Source of the DNA: Eledone cirrhosa
Lineage: Eukaryota
NCBI GenBank assembly: GCA_964016885.1
Contig: OZ024743.1
Coordinates: 315,208,001-315,272,000 of the forward strand
Length of the DNA stretch: 64,000 bases
Reading direction: 5' to 3'
The notes under the pieces were generated by a model. It had not been told where the DNA came from. It saw only the letters and a program-made list of their open reading frames with translations, and made no database searches. The translations under genes and the position numbers were made by a program. Shown one piece after another: positions 26,651 through 41,053 of this stretch (its first letter is position 1; every line of letters begins with the position of its first letter).

Positions 26651-27937
26651 TCTAGTCGTTGTTGTTGTTGTATCCCTGCTCTATATAAATCCATGACCCT
26701 ATATCAATATAACACATGTTCTCTACTGTAGTATATTGAGTTGGTCAAGAATTGTTGTCTTACTCAGCAAACTGCAACTCCGTCGCCGTCGCCTTTTCTG
26801 TTTCAATTAAGTACGCCACCTTCACATAACATTCTTATCTGGTTTGCTTATTATAATTCTTATTTTCTTATCGTTTAGTCAGAATGGTCTGTGCAGTACC
26901 AATGACTTATTGCAGAGACTTCGGTACCTCTGGAAGGAAGCGAGGGAGACAAAAAGTATCTTTGTCCGAATGCTTTCGACAGCTTTGGCACCCAACCAAC
27001 TGGTATTAATGTTAAATGGAGTTACATGGAGACAGTTTATGTCTACTGTCTATATAAGCCTAAACAAATGATGTGAGGTATTTCGTCTGATGGTCAAACA
27101 ATACTACGCAGCCACACACTCTCAACTGTTACTAAATTCTATCCACTCCGAAAAAAGTGAAGCTAAAATTAACATCGGTAGTACTAGAATTCAGAGAACG
27201 GAGAGGGTAAATGGACATCACAAGACATTTTTCTTCTACGCCCTTCCTAGTCTGTGGGCAAGCAAATAATATTCCATTTATTACTGTATAATTTTGCTGG
27301 CAGCACTGTGGTCACGCTGGAGCAACTCCTATCACGTACGCTAAAGTAAATAGACATATCTTTTATACACAAAAACTGATGTTATAATGTTACGTACCAT
27401 TGACGTCCTTCACGATGTTTGCCTTGTATCATTTTACCCTTACAAAAATGAAATGCACGTTTGTGTGACTTTAACTAACATCAATTTTACTCTATCACCG
27501 ACAATGCTTCTGTTGAGTAAAAGAACGAAATAACTATAAAACATGTCAGTCACATAAAATACGTACTTGTCTACTGTTGAATCGTACAGATACACAGTCA
27601 ACAGTTTTGACACAACGTTTGAGGGAGATCAGAGCGGAAGAGAAAAATCATAAAAAAAAGAAAACAACACTGGAGGAATTTCTTGGATGAATAATGTTGA
27701 TGTTATAAGATTGCAGGCTCATATACCTAAGTTAATGTTAGAAATATAAGTGGTTTCTATGACTATATTTTATACGCAAGTAATATACACACATGTATGT
27801 ATATATATATATATATCATGTATGTGTGTGTTTAAAATAAATATAAGTACATGCATACAAACACACACACACATCGCACTACAAAAAATAAAGAAATATA
27901 TATATATATAATGATATATATATATATATATAAAAAT

Positions 27938-27977
<40 letters not shown>

Positions 27978-28062
27978 ATATCCAAACCCCACCTTTTTTC
28001 TTTCTTTCCCCCAAAACTATTTCTCTGAATAAATGTTGATGTCATCACACATACAATATAGG

Positions 28063-28168
<106 letters not shown>

Positions 28169-30043
28169 CTACACACACACACACACACTCACACATACAC
28201 ACGCATACACTCTAAATCCATATTCCTAAAATAGAATTTCTTTTACAATCCTTTACTTTTGAGAATCCCATTTACCTGTCCCTCCCTCTAGCTTACATTA
28301 CCCCTCTTCGCCACCCCCATCTGAACTCTTGAACAGTCCTTTAACAGAATTGAGATACACACACACAAAAATAATTTTGTTCTGTGAAAAGACACAACTA
28401 CCAGCACTACTATGACTACCTCTCTCTCTATATATAAGGTTCCATTTTAGACTTACTCTTCTTCTCAACAAGAAAGATAAACACACCATCTTCAGCACTT
28501 AATTTTAAATTTTAGATTTTTAATCAATTTTTAATACTTTTTAATTCTTTTTAATTATAATATCCAGTATTTCATAAGATTACACTGATACATTGAAACC
28601 GGTTATATTTTATATATTTCATATATATTATAAAATTCATCTTTTATTTTTTTAAATTGTTCCTGTAATCTTTTCAATATCACTTTGAAGAATCAAAGAA
28701 GAAAAGAAGGAAAACAGATCATTTAAATATCTTTTCCGTGCTATTTCTAATTTCACTTTTCCCTATAACCTCTGTTTTGTATAGAACCTTACACACATAC
28801 ATACATCGTACCTAATTAAGTTTCAGGGAAGCGAAATGATAGTTTGCTAACTTCAGTGAAATTGAATATATAATGGGGTTTATATATATACATATATATA
28901 TATAATAAGAACGTACAGTAGAAGTATTATAATTGTATGAAGATTACTGAGTCTCGATGGAGGTGGTAGAGTTATACCAATTTCTAATAAACAAACATTC
29001 TCACCACATCTACCAACTCCAAACTCTCTTATAGATCTTTACACCTTTACAATTCTCCACCCCATATTGGTATTACTATTAGCTTACAGTTTTCTAACAT
29101 ACAATCATTCTCACTACCACTACCAGCAACACACTGTCTCTATTCTAAATAGAAATATTTTTCTGAATTTCTTTGCTTCTGTTGATGTGTCTGAAAACAT
29201 TTCGACTCGTTCACTTTCTACTAAATCTTTTAAATCAATATATTATTGATGTTATTATTGTTATTAATACAGCATTTCAGCTATCTTCTTTACTTCAGAT
29301 ATATTCTTTCTTCAGACTTACTATTATATTCAATAATTCTTCACAGTAATGATTAGCAGAGTATTTTGTAATATTTTCTATTGATAAAATATAACTATTG
29401 TCCACTGATGTTTGGCTGTATTGTGGTTTGTGATGTTCTGTTTTGTTTCCTTGTATTTAGTTTTGTAAATGTACATCAAAATCTCTCGTCTTTTTTATCA
29501 AAGATTCTGTTGCTATTATTTCAACTATAAAATGGTCCGCATATTAGGAGTTGTAGACTATATATATATATATGTGTGTGTATGTGTGTGTGTGTCAGTG
29601 TGTGTATGTTGGAGGGCGGGGGGGGGGGGGTAAAATATATATAAAGCAAAGAAACGACGTATCTCTAGCAATCGACTGATGTGTTCGCTTGTTTTTTGTC
29701 CTTTCCTCCATATATATATTATATATATATATATATACACATACATACATACATATATACATACATACATACATACATACATACATACACACATACGTAC
29801 ATACATACATACATACATACATACATACATACATACATAATGCATACGTATATAAATACATATATACATATGTACATCTTTTAAAGAAGATTTTGTTATA
29901 TACATATGTATATATTTATATATATATATATGTGTGTGTGCATGTGTGTGTGAATCTATGCATATAAACATATATATGTATGAAGGTATTCATATATATA
30001 TATATATATATAAAGTATGTATGTATGTATGTATGTATGTATG

Positions 30044-30122
<79 letters not shown>

Positions 30123-30788
30123 TAATCGTCTGACAGAAGTTCTGTTTGTATATCTGTCTGTCTCTGTCCCTTACTCTCTTTTGAAAGGAAAAACAATGAA
30201 AATATAATAGAGACGACCTAATTATAAAAATGGAATAATTATTTAATATAAATGACTCATAGATATAATTAGTTTGAACGACCGGGGCTGCTGTTAATTG
30301 TACAAAAGTAATAAAGAATTAACACGTTGCTTTATAACTGAAATGCATATATTAGATACATACTAATTATGATAGTTATGTTATTTATGAAATTACTGCT
30401 GGTTTTGCTGGTGGTAGTGTTGTTGTTGGTGGGAGGGGGTTGTGGTAATCGTGGAGAGGAGAGCGAATGTATTGCCACAGCTGTATTGAATGCATCGTTT
30501 TAGTGGGTTGGTTATGATGATGATGATGATGATGATGATACCAGACGGCAATGTCCTTATTAGATCAATTAATTAGACTAGAACGAATGTTTTCCATTTA
30601 AGCTCACTGAACCAACAATGAAGTCTTGCTGAAAGATAACACATAACACGCCGTCAGGAATTGAAATAACGAACAGGCTAACATGAGCTGAACAGCATAC
30701 CGACTAAGCCCCGTGCTTTCACAAGTAATAGTTGACTTCGTGTTAAACAACAAGAACAAATTCTCGGAACGCTTTATGCTCGAGATTA

Positions 30789-31191
30789 TCTATATATATA
30801 TCTAAAACAGAGAATATCTGTCAGTCTGACTACCTAAAATTCGAGAACCACCCTACGGATTGTTTTTCAAATTTACACATCTATTACTTATGGTCCTGTG
30901 AGTGTTCTGAACAAAGAAAATTTCAAATTTTCAATGCCTTACAGACCGCATTAGGCGATTTAGCGATCTCTCTCTATAATTCTTAGTCTTTCTTTTTAGA
31001 TAGATACATAGATATAACGTTGTGCCCTTATAATTGTTTCTTCTTTTGGCACAAGGCCAGAAATTAACCAGTGAATTACTGGTACTTTATTTTATCGACC
31101 CCGTAAGGATGAAAGGCAAAGTTAAGCACGACGGGATTTGAACGTATCTGTCTGTATGTCTGGCTGTCTGTATTACGACATTATGACGCTA

Positions 31192-31231
<40 letters not shown>

Positions 31232-31507
31232 GTTTGTAATGTATTTCGAAATATTTACTTCTACGTTCACAGATTGATTTTTTTAGTTTCAGATGGGTGA
31301 AAACAGCTATTGTTTGCTTAAACTTTAATCTGTTATTTTAATATACATATATATATATATATATATAATTATATATTCGTGTACAGATATTTTTGCATAC
31401 ACAATAACAAAATATAAACAAACGTATTTATTTCACGAGGATAAATATATATCAAATATATAAAACCCTAGAGCAAATCCCGAGTAGCGCCGGGCCATTC
31501 TGAGAGT
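30789..31507 (+). mobile_element. Probable non-autonomous Helitron with nested insertions
   Basis: 5' TCTATATATAT..AAAA start; 3' CCCG-agtagcgc-CGGG hairpin ~10 nt before a degenerate CTAG(T) end; nested SINE 31030-31143 and PLE terminus 31283-31342. Confidence 0.45.
31030..31143 (-). mobile_element. Meta-domain-like SINE, 3' part
   Basis: ctggtactttattttatcgaccccgtaaggatgaaaggcaaag. Confidence 0.8.
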
Positions 31508-31572
31508 ATATTACTAAAACTCGCACATATATGCATACATACACACATATCTGCGTACATATACATACATAC

Positions 31573-31881
31573 CTTCTGTCGACGCCATTCATCTTTAAGT
31601 CCTGCGCTAAAAACTGTCTTGCCCTGCTTCCACAAAACGTATCAAACTGAGAACTCACGCAGTAGAAACAAAAGCAACAACAATCTACTTACACTTGCGT
31701 GGACTGAGGTAAAGATGAAGTCAGCTTCATATGTGAATAGTGTAAAATGGACGGGCCCACTACAATTAACTAGATAAGAACTATGGTCTCGTTTATCGGG
31801 ATCAATCTGATATCTTCTTGAATAATCATTACACTGATTACAATAAACATCTAGAATCTCAGCAGTCGGATATCGGATCAT
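31573..31881 (-). other. Possible exon(s) of unknown gene
   Basis: Complex non-repetitive ORF 31881-31693 ends at GTAAGT; 31646-31573 is bounded by CAG and AG/GTATGT and in frame, but the implied intron is only 46 nt; no recognisable domain. Confidence 0.2.
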
Positions 31882-32342
31882 TTAAGTTATTGAGACATAA
31901 ATTCTACTCAGTTTAGTATTTTGAACTGAACACATCCTTGGCAACAGAAATCGTTTGTAATACTAGACTCCAAGTGTATAGTTCTATGGAAAGTTCAACA
32001 AGTAAAAACTTAATAAGGTAACTCAAAAGATTTTTGACAGTATTCTTCTAAAATTTCGGCACATCTCCAAATTTCTTGCGTGCTATTTGATCCAAAATTG
32101 AAAGTGGTTAATAAGCCGGACTAACAATCTATTTAGCTTGCTTCAACGATCAATTAACGAAAGCAAAGCAGCGAGGGAAAAGGAAATATACATATAAATA
32201 GATAAAATAAAATGTCTGGACTTATAAATAGTTGGGTTTTTTTTCAAATAAACACTAGAGTAATTACACAAATATTTTGATATGTAAAAATAAGATTTCT
32301 TTGCATTAGTTTTGTTTAAATATATTTTAAATATATATATAG

Positions 32343-32377
<35 letters not shown>

Positions 32378-33025
32378 ATGTGTGTGTATGCGTGTGTGTG
32401 TGTGTGTGTGTTCGTATGTGTGTGTGGTGTGTGGGCGTATCTACGACTGTCAGATGTCATAAATTGAAAGCAAACGAATCAAACAAACGCAAACCTTATT
32501 ACTACAGGCATGACATTGATCAAAACCAAATCGTTCCTTTCAATTCCTTACTCAAAAGTTTCGAGTATAACTGGATAAGTTAGTGGGAAAACGGAGGAGG
32601 GAGGGAAGGAAAGCAAAGGGGAAGAAAAGAGAAAACAGTGAAAAAACAGCGAAAAAAATGACAACAAACCGAGCAATGTGCGAGCAACTTAAGGTAAGGA
32701 AATCCAAGACAAATCGATAAGAGAATTTAAGTTCAAGACTGAGTGGTCGAGAGAAAAAAGACACACGTCTGATCCCCGCAATTGTTAGTGAGAAAAGAAC
32801 TGCTAAAGGATCAGATGAGGAGTGAAAGGGAGAAGGAGAAAGGGATAGGAAGAAAGTGAGGTAAGAGTAGATATGGAGAAAATGAGTGGAAGAAAGAGGG
32901 GTGAGAGTAGAAAGTAGCGAAATAGGTAGGTAGAAGGGGAGAGAGAAGACAGAAGAATGGTCACAGCGAAAACATGATGAAATATATGGAGATTAGAAAT
33001 ATATATATATATATATATGTATATA

Positions 33026-33082
<57 letters not shown>

Positions 33083-33348
33083 CGGCGATGAATTAGTTTT
33101 GCGAGGTTTTTGATATGAAATCGCGTTGCGAAACAAATATTGTTATACTTGGGGAGGGTCATATTTGTGTAATAATATTGCCAGAATTAATAACAGAACA
33201 TACTCACTGTTTGGTTGGGTTTCGCTTATGTGTCTTTTATATCGGTTAATTTATTTTAATTTTTTTATTGGGTCCTCAATGTTACCATTGACTGACAACG
33301 GTCAAAAATACAGATACAATATAGACAACAAACACATATATATAGTCT

Positions 33349-33390
33349 GACAAAATTCTTTCGTTGCACATCTGCAACATCGTCAGTGGT
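33349..33390 (-). ncRNA. Type I hammerhead motif
   Basis: acca-CTGACGA-t-gttgca/tgcaac-GAAA-gaat-TT-tgtc; short stem I. Confidence 0.7.
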
Positions 33391-33695
33391 GCTATTATGT
33401 TTCCTCCCGTTGTATGGTATGCCTACGCCATCTTTATTTTGTCTGTTTATTTATTTAATTATTTTTTGTCTTCTCTGCGCATGCGTTTGCCTGTGTGTGT
33501 ATAGTGTTTTGTTTGATGTGTGTTCGTGTTTGGGTGACTGTGTATTGGTTATTGTATTCTATCATAGTTTAATAGTGTGTGTTTATATGTGTTTGTTGTT
33601 ATTGTGCTTGTGTATTTATTTACTTATACTTCTCTTAGGTCAGACTAAATAAAGATGGCGTAGGCATATAATACAACGGGACGAAACATAATAGC

Positions 33696-33737
33696 ACCAC
33701 TGACGATGTTGCAGATGTGCAACGAAAGAATTTTGTT
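33696..33737 (+). ncRNA. Type I hammerhead motif
   Basis: acca-CTGACGA-t-gttgca-gatg-tgcaac-GAAA-gaat-TT-tgtt. Confidence 0.7.
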
Positions 33738-33954
33738 AGATCATATATATGTGTTTGTGTCTATATTGTATCTGTATTTTTGACCGTTGGTCAGTCAATG
33801 GTAACATTAAGGACCAAATAAATTAAATTAACCGATATAAAAGACACAGAAGCGAAAACCGACCAAACAGTGAGTGTGTTCTGTTAGTAATTCTGGCAAT
33901 ATTATTACACAAATATGACCCTCCCCAAGTATAACAATATATATATATATATAT

Positions 33955-34810
33955 TAGTAAAAGGAAAAGAAAATGCTGACAATTTTTTCCAAGTGAAAAA
34001 TAGTATAATTAGGAATAAGTATAAATTAGTAATAAGTATTGGTTAGTATTCAGTTTTAGTTTTATGTTTTTCCCGGTTGCACATTTCTAATGCTTTTCAA
34101 AAATAATTTTGAGATAGAGCGCTCGTGATGTTTGCTCTAATCTGATCAGTTTGGGAAATTCTTCCTATTTTATGTGAAAAAAGTGGCTCCAGAGGTATTA
34201 AGATTTGGTTGATTGTTGAATGTCACGTGAATGAGTACTATAAATTTCGCGCCAATTCGTGTTGCTAAAATTCTTGTAGTCAAAACAATTTTGATTGGTC
34301 GGTAGAGGTCACGTGAATGCTAAAAGTTGATTTTGCGCCAAATATAGGTTTGTCGAAGAGTGTCCTTTTTCGCCTGATTGAGAAGTCACTGAAAAATAAG
34401 TTTATTAAGATAAATATGTGTGTGTGTGTAGTAAAGAGGTTCATTGTTGTGATAATGGTCAGTAGGGTTGTGTGTGTGAATTGCAGTCATGTTGAAAGGT
34501 CAACAGTTCAGGTGTCTATTAAGACAAATATGTGTGTGTGTGTGTGTGTTTGTGTCTGTTTGTATGTTAGTGTACGCGTGTGTATGTGTGTATGTGTGTG
34601 TGTGTGTGTATATGTGTGTAATTGTGTGTGGACCAGTATTTGTGTGATACTGGTAAAAATGGTGTACATTATTCGATATTTTCAGTAATTAGCAAAAACG
34701 ATTCTCTCAAAAGAACATCAAAAACATTAATAATAAAAGGGGTGAAATGATATATAGTATTGTCATAACACCAAGGTGTGTGTCAGTGTCCAGATTGTAC
34801 GTACTGCAAT
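33955..34810. mobile_element. TA-flanked non-coding element distantly related to 932-1864, with duplicated E-box/E2F module
   Basis: ttttat.tg.aaaaa.gtggctc shared with 1167-1189; CACGTG 34224 and 34310; TTTCGCGCC 34245; TTTTGCGCC 34331; ATTGG 34294. Confidence 0.55.
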
Positions 34811-34821
34811 ATATATATATA

Positions 34822-35472
34822 GTAATAATAATAAATTTGAAGACTAAAATCCAAAGAGGGCTCGATAAGGATAAATATATAGCAGATATATGAGAACCGT
34901 AGAGCGAATATTTATTAAAATAACAGATTAAAGTTTAAGCAAAGAATCGCTGCTTTCACCCTTAACAGGATCTTCTGAAACAAAAAAAAGGTCAATTTGT
35001 GAACGCAGAAGTAAATATTTCAAAAAACGTTGCAACCGAAGGAAGACAGGAAGACGATACTTTGGTTCGAGGAAACGTTCCCTGGCAAAGAACGAAAAAA
35101 AACGAAGATAATACGACATTATTTGGTGCGGGGAAAAACAATTACACGCAAAGACAAAACCACGTTTATGGTATAAAAGAAGTCGTAGACTAATATTCTA
35201 TTAGGTGGTACATAGAGATGTTCTCTGGCAATGAACGGAAAAAACGAAGATAATACGTCCTTATGTGGAGCAAAGAGAACAAATACACGCAAAGACAAAA
35301 CCACGTAAATGGTATAACAGAAGTCGTAGACTAAAATTCTAACTAGGAAACCGAATGATTCTCGGCTTCAGAGTTAAGAATAAATTAAATAAAATACAGA
35401 GGTAATAGAAATTAAATATATACTTACACGCATCCAAATACGTACATACACAAGCATACGCGAAAACACTCA
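34822..35472 (-). mobile_element. 3' UTR/pLTR fragment of the PLE family at 3508-5912
   Basis: Colinear with 3508-4150. Confidence 0.9.
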
Positions 35473-35473
35473 C

Positions 35474-36452
<979 letters not shown>

Positions 36453-36952
36453 TAATACATACACGTATCTTCGTAATACAACTGAATGCTCATAATTAAT
36501 ATGGAGACGTGTTGTGACTGGTTCTCCCCTACAACTTTTTCTCTTCGGCCATAAACCCTGGCTCCCTCGCGCTGAATACGGAGGAGAGATCCTGATCCCC
36601 GTACTGCTGATTTCCTCTGTAAAATCGAAAGAGGGCGGCTCGCTTGATTTGGAAGCGCCGTGAGGTGGGGTCGCTGTTGCACCAGGTAGCTTCAGGTATT
36701 CTCCACGGTAATGCCTTTGCCATTTGGTCCGCGGTGCGCGGCTGAGGTACCGCTCAAACTGGAATGTAGTGACTGTTCAACCCCTCTCCTTCTCTTTTGT
36801 CGCTTGATCCTGTTTTTTTCTTTTTTCATTTCGTTTCTGTTCCCCTTAATTGTGTTTATGTTAGATACTGCTCAATATTTTTTCATATAATGTCAACAAA
36901 ATTAATATAAATTTTTAAAAAATTGTTTGTATATATATATATATATATATAC

Positions 36953-37022
<70 letters not shown>

Positions 37023-38887
37023 CAATTTATAGTATACACACAAAATAAAAATTAATTTCTGTTTATATCGTAAAAAATAAATGATATATATATACAAGAA
37101 ATAATAATTCTGTCTTTTACAGAACTAACTAAACTTCATTGCATAACAATAAAAATAACCCTACGATTTACAACGACCTGTATAAACATATATATGTGTA
37201 TGTCGTGTGTGTGCGTGTGATTATGTTTGTGCATGTGTGTGTGTAATTATATTTATGCATGTGTGTTTGTGTGTGTGTGTGATTATATTTGTGTGAGTGT
37301 GTTTGCCCGTGTGTGTTTTTATTTATCCTGGGGTCCATCCATACACCATCAATCTATTATTCTTATATTTTATCTACTAATATCTTTCTTATCTTGTATC
37401 TCGCTCTTCCTCTCCCTCTTTCACTCTAGCCCCCCCCCCCTCTCCCCCTATTTCACACTCTCTCCATCTCAATCTATTCCAATATTATTATTTGTATTTC
37501 CATAAATGCAGATATACATACACGCAAGTGCATTTCAGTGCAGCTACATGGAAACACTGTAAAGAGAAATTACTCTGTCAATGACAACAGAATTTGCACA
37601 TTTTGCTTTTTTAAATTATTATGTGCACCGGAAATGACTAGTGACGTATACAACAGATGACAAATATTTAGTTTGACTTGTGGAAATAAATGCTGGTTCA
37701 TTTGATCTTTTGTCTTTAGCATAATAAAAGAAAAATAGATGAGAGTAGTGAAGTGAAGTACAATGTTGGTTATAATTTACAGTAACGAACTGGCTTTGCA
37801 TTTTTGCTGGAGGTATCTCCAATAATTCAATAGAAGCTCATTAAAACAGTGTATTCAAAAAAGAAAAAATCGACAATCCATTTTGTCTTTTTGGATATTG
37901 TTTCTTTGGATCCAATTAAACGTGGTGAATTGCAGAGTAGATGTTGTTAGAATGTCGAATTAAATATTTCGGTATTTTGTCTGCTCACTGAGTTTAAATC
38001 TCTCCGATGCCAACTTTGCATTTCATTTTTTGGGGTTGAGGAATAATGCACTAGTCCATGTGCGCTGGATTAGCAGGATTATTAAAGATTTGGAAAGAAG
38101 TTTTGTGAGTTTTAAGTTCAAACCCTACCACCTGCTAAGAATTACGAAGAGCATATAGTATCACTGGTGGAAAGACCAATGGAAAAATAGTTTCCATGGC
38201 CCGATATAACCTACAAGGACTAGATCTTATCTAAAGGTAACTCGGTGTAGTTGTAAAAATATCATCTTATGTAAAGATATGTTTTGTATCAGACTTAAAA
38301 TTGCTTGAAGATTCACTTAGCGAGCAGTTGACTTTCATGATCTTTGAGATGGTTGATGATTTCAATTTACCTTGTTGGTGTTTACTCCCAGATCAGTAAT
38401 CATCCAGCAGAGTTGATATCAAAGGTGAACCAGTCATAGCTATCACGTTTTGATTTCAGGCATAGTGCTTCTTGTACTACGTTATCCAATGTGCTTTAAG
38501 ACATAAATCTTACTTTATTTGTCGTTTTCTTCCGTTCTTTAACGAAACGCCATACACATGGGTGTGTAAGCGTGTGTATATGTGTGTGATTGTGTGATTA
38601 TGTGTGTTTCCGTTTACATATACATATATCTGTAATTATGAAAGTAATGGAAATCTACATGACAGAGTCTTGTGGTTAAGAATTTTCTCTTGCGAATTTG
38701 TAATTTCGGGTTCCCTTCATACCGCGCGTGAGATTGCAATTAATAGGAAATCAATGTTATAATGGGATAAATCTAGCAAATTTTCTTAAGAGATATGTGA
38801 ACACTTATATCGTCTTTCAATGAGATTTCTTTCTTAATTCTTTTATTTATTTCATTATTTTCTACCTAGCACAAATGTCCTATAATT

Positions 38888-39038
38888 TTACATAGACGGA
38901 AATGATAATTCATGACGATATTGCATTTCCCAGGGTGCTTTAGCGATGTAAGGGAAAGGAAATTGAAACGCAGTTCGATCTTTATTTTCAATCGATTCCG
39001 TGACGGGATTTTGTGTAAAATATTCCTCAGAGACATCT
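38888..39038 (-). CDS. Candidate coding exon, unknown small protein (DVSEEYFTQNPVTESIENKDRTAFQFPFPYIAKAPWEMQYRHELSFPSM*)
   Basis: TTTCAG acceptor, 49 open codons, phase compatible with candidate exon 42587-42818; no homology recognised. Confidence 0.35.
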
Positions 39039-39399
39039 CTGAAATGTGTTGAATAATTGGGTTAGATTTTGTCAAAAGAAATCAATATTCTGTATTCTAG
39101 TTACCTTTTGAAGTAATGTCCATGTTTTTACATAAATAACATATGAACAATAAGTTAATCGTATTTTAGCAGACGAGCAAGATTATTTTCAAAACATCCG
39201 TTCATTGATGCATATTCATTGGTCACTTTTAGTTTGAATATCAATTGTTGATGTCGCTGTTTCGGTGCGATAATAGTTATATGAGCTGTGTCGTTAATGG
39301 TCACGTAATTAAGAAGTTCAGTTTGCAGCGATGGAACACTTGGTTCTTTTTTCAGATAGCACCACTTTTAACAAGTGTCTTCTACTATACATAATTGAT

Positions 39400-39560
39400 T
39401 CTGATTTAGGCACAAGACCAACAATTTTGAGAGAGTTTAAAGTCGATTAAATCTACCCCAGTGCGTTACTGGTATTCGACCTTGTAAAGATGAAACTCAA
39501 AGCAAATTTCGGCGGGATTTGAACTCAGAACGTAGAGGGACGTTACTGAATGCTGCAAAA
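39400..39560 (-). mobile_element. Meta-domain-like SINE, diverged
   Basis: ggcgggatttgaactcagaacg, ttaggcacaagacca. Confidence 0.65.
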
Positions 39561-40215
39561 TGTAGTTCAAGCAATCCATTTCCCTTCTAATATACATCAT
39601 ATAAATAACTACAGGAGATCTCACAATCTTTCTAGGCGACATTAGGTAAACTAATACTAATAAACTAATGTGCACTTTCTTCGATGGAAAATTTAATTTG
39701 TCGTCTGATTTAATGGCTCTGCTTGAAGCCTGGTTTATGGGGTTTGGGAGAGTTTACACTGTTGTAAGCATTAAGGACAGATGTCCATAGGCCAAATATT
39801 TAAGAATTTCTCTTTGTAATCACAAAATTCTTGTTGTAACTCAATAAAAGGCACCTTTAGCAAGTGCCATCTACTATAAATAACCACAGAAGAACTCACA
39901 ATTCTTTGTGTGTGAAATTCGGTAAAGGTCGAATTATGTATGAATGCAGTTTAAAGAATTGTGATCTATCCTCAGTAGATGATCTAATTCAACAGTCGAT
40001 TTAACAACCCTAATTCAACATTGGAATGTCTTTAGAAGAGCCTACAGTCTTATAAGTATTCAGAATATATCTCCGATCTGAAGATGTATTCTCCTCTGAC
40101 AGAAATGGGTACTTGCCTACTAGCACTGAATCAATGTAATAAATGACTTCAATATGAACATTTGTGGCTAGAAACTCAGTAATACTCAATGCATGAAGCA
40201 GCATTTGTTATAGTA

Positions 40216-40285
<70 letters not shown>

Positions 40286-40315
40286 ACACATGTGTATATA
40301 TTTATATATATATAT

Positions 40316-41040
40316 GGTAAATTTCTTTAAGTCGTTTGGAACCCTCGACAATGCAGATGGGTAAATCTCCGGGTAACAAGATCCGGTGGTGGAGAGAGAG
40401 ATGTAAGTGGGTGTAAGTTGAGATGCGTGGCGTGTATAAGACTGTAACGTGTAGAGGAATGAAGCAAAGAGCGTAAAGGATAAAAATAAAAATAACAACA
40501 CGAGAAAGAGTTACTTTGGGAGAGATTTAATTGTCCCTATATATTTCGGATTCATATCCATCAACTGGGTTATTTTCCGGGGGGGGGGGAGGTTGTCTGT
40601 CGGAAAGGTGCGAAACGTGTCCTCCGCTGTTCGTTGTTTTGAATATCAAAACAACGAATATTCAAAACAACGAACAGCGGAGGACACGTTTCGCACCTTT
40701 CCGACAGACAACATCCCCCCCTCCCCCCCCCCCTCCGGAAAAACCCACTTGATGGATGTGAATCCGAAATATATAGGGACAATTAAATCTCTCCCAAGGT
40801 AACTCTTTCTCGTGTTGTTATTTTTATTGTTATCCTTTACGCTCTTTGCTTCATTCCTCTACATGTTACAGTCTTATACACGCCACGCATCTCAACGTAC
40901 ACCCACTTACATCTCTCTCTCCACCACCGGATCTTGTTACCCGGAGATTTACCCATCTGCATTGTCGAGGCTTCCAAACGACTTAAAGAAATTTACCTTA
41001 TTATTCCACAATGTTTCAAGTAAACTTCAATACTCTGTTA
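40316..41040. mobile_element. Near-perfect ~680-bp palindrome (arms ~40316-40648 and ~40660-40997) with right tail; HHR-like motifs with non-canonical core at 40535-40569 (-) and 40744-40778 (+)
   Basis: Inverted arms with few mismatches; cc-CA(G/C)TTGA-t-ggat/atcc-GAAA-tata-TA-gg; flanked by (TA)n. Confidence 0.85.
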
Positions 41041-41053
41041 TATATATATATAT

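Larger units (their letters stand above)
33081..33941. mobile_element. Palindromic HHR element in (TA)n; arms ~33137-33439 and ~33647-33941; left tail ~56 bp
   Basis: Inverted ~300-bp arms; terminus atattgttatact.ggg.agggtcat shared with 17779. Confidence 0.88.

Noticed and set aside
28960-29470. Very decayed LINE RT N-terminal region on minus
   Set aside because: Only faint motif resemblance; cannot be supported without a profile search.
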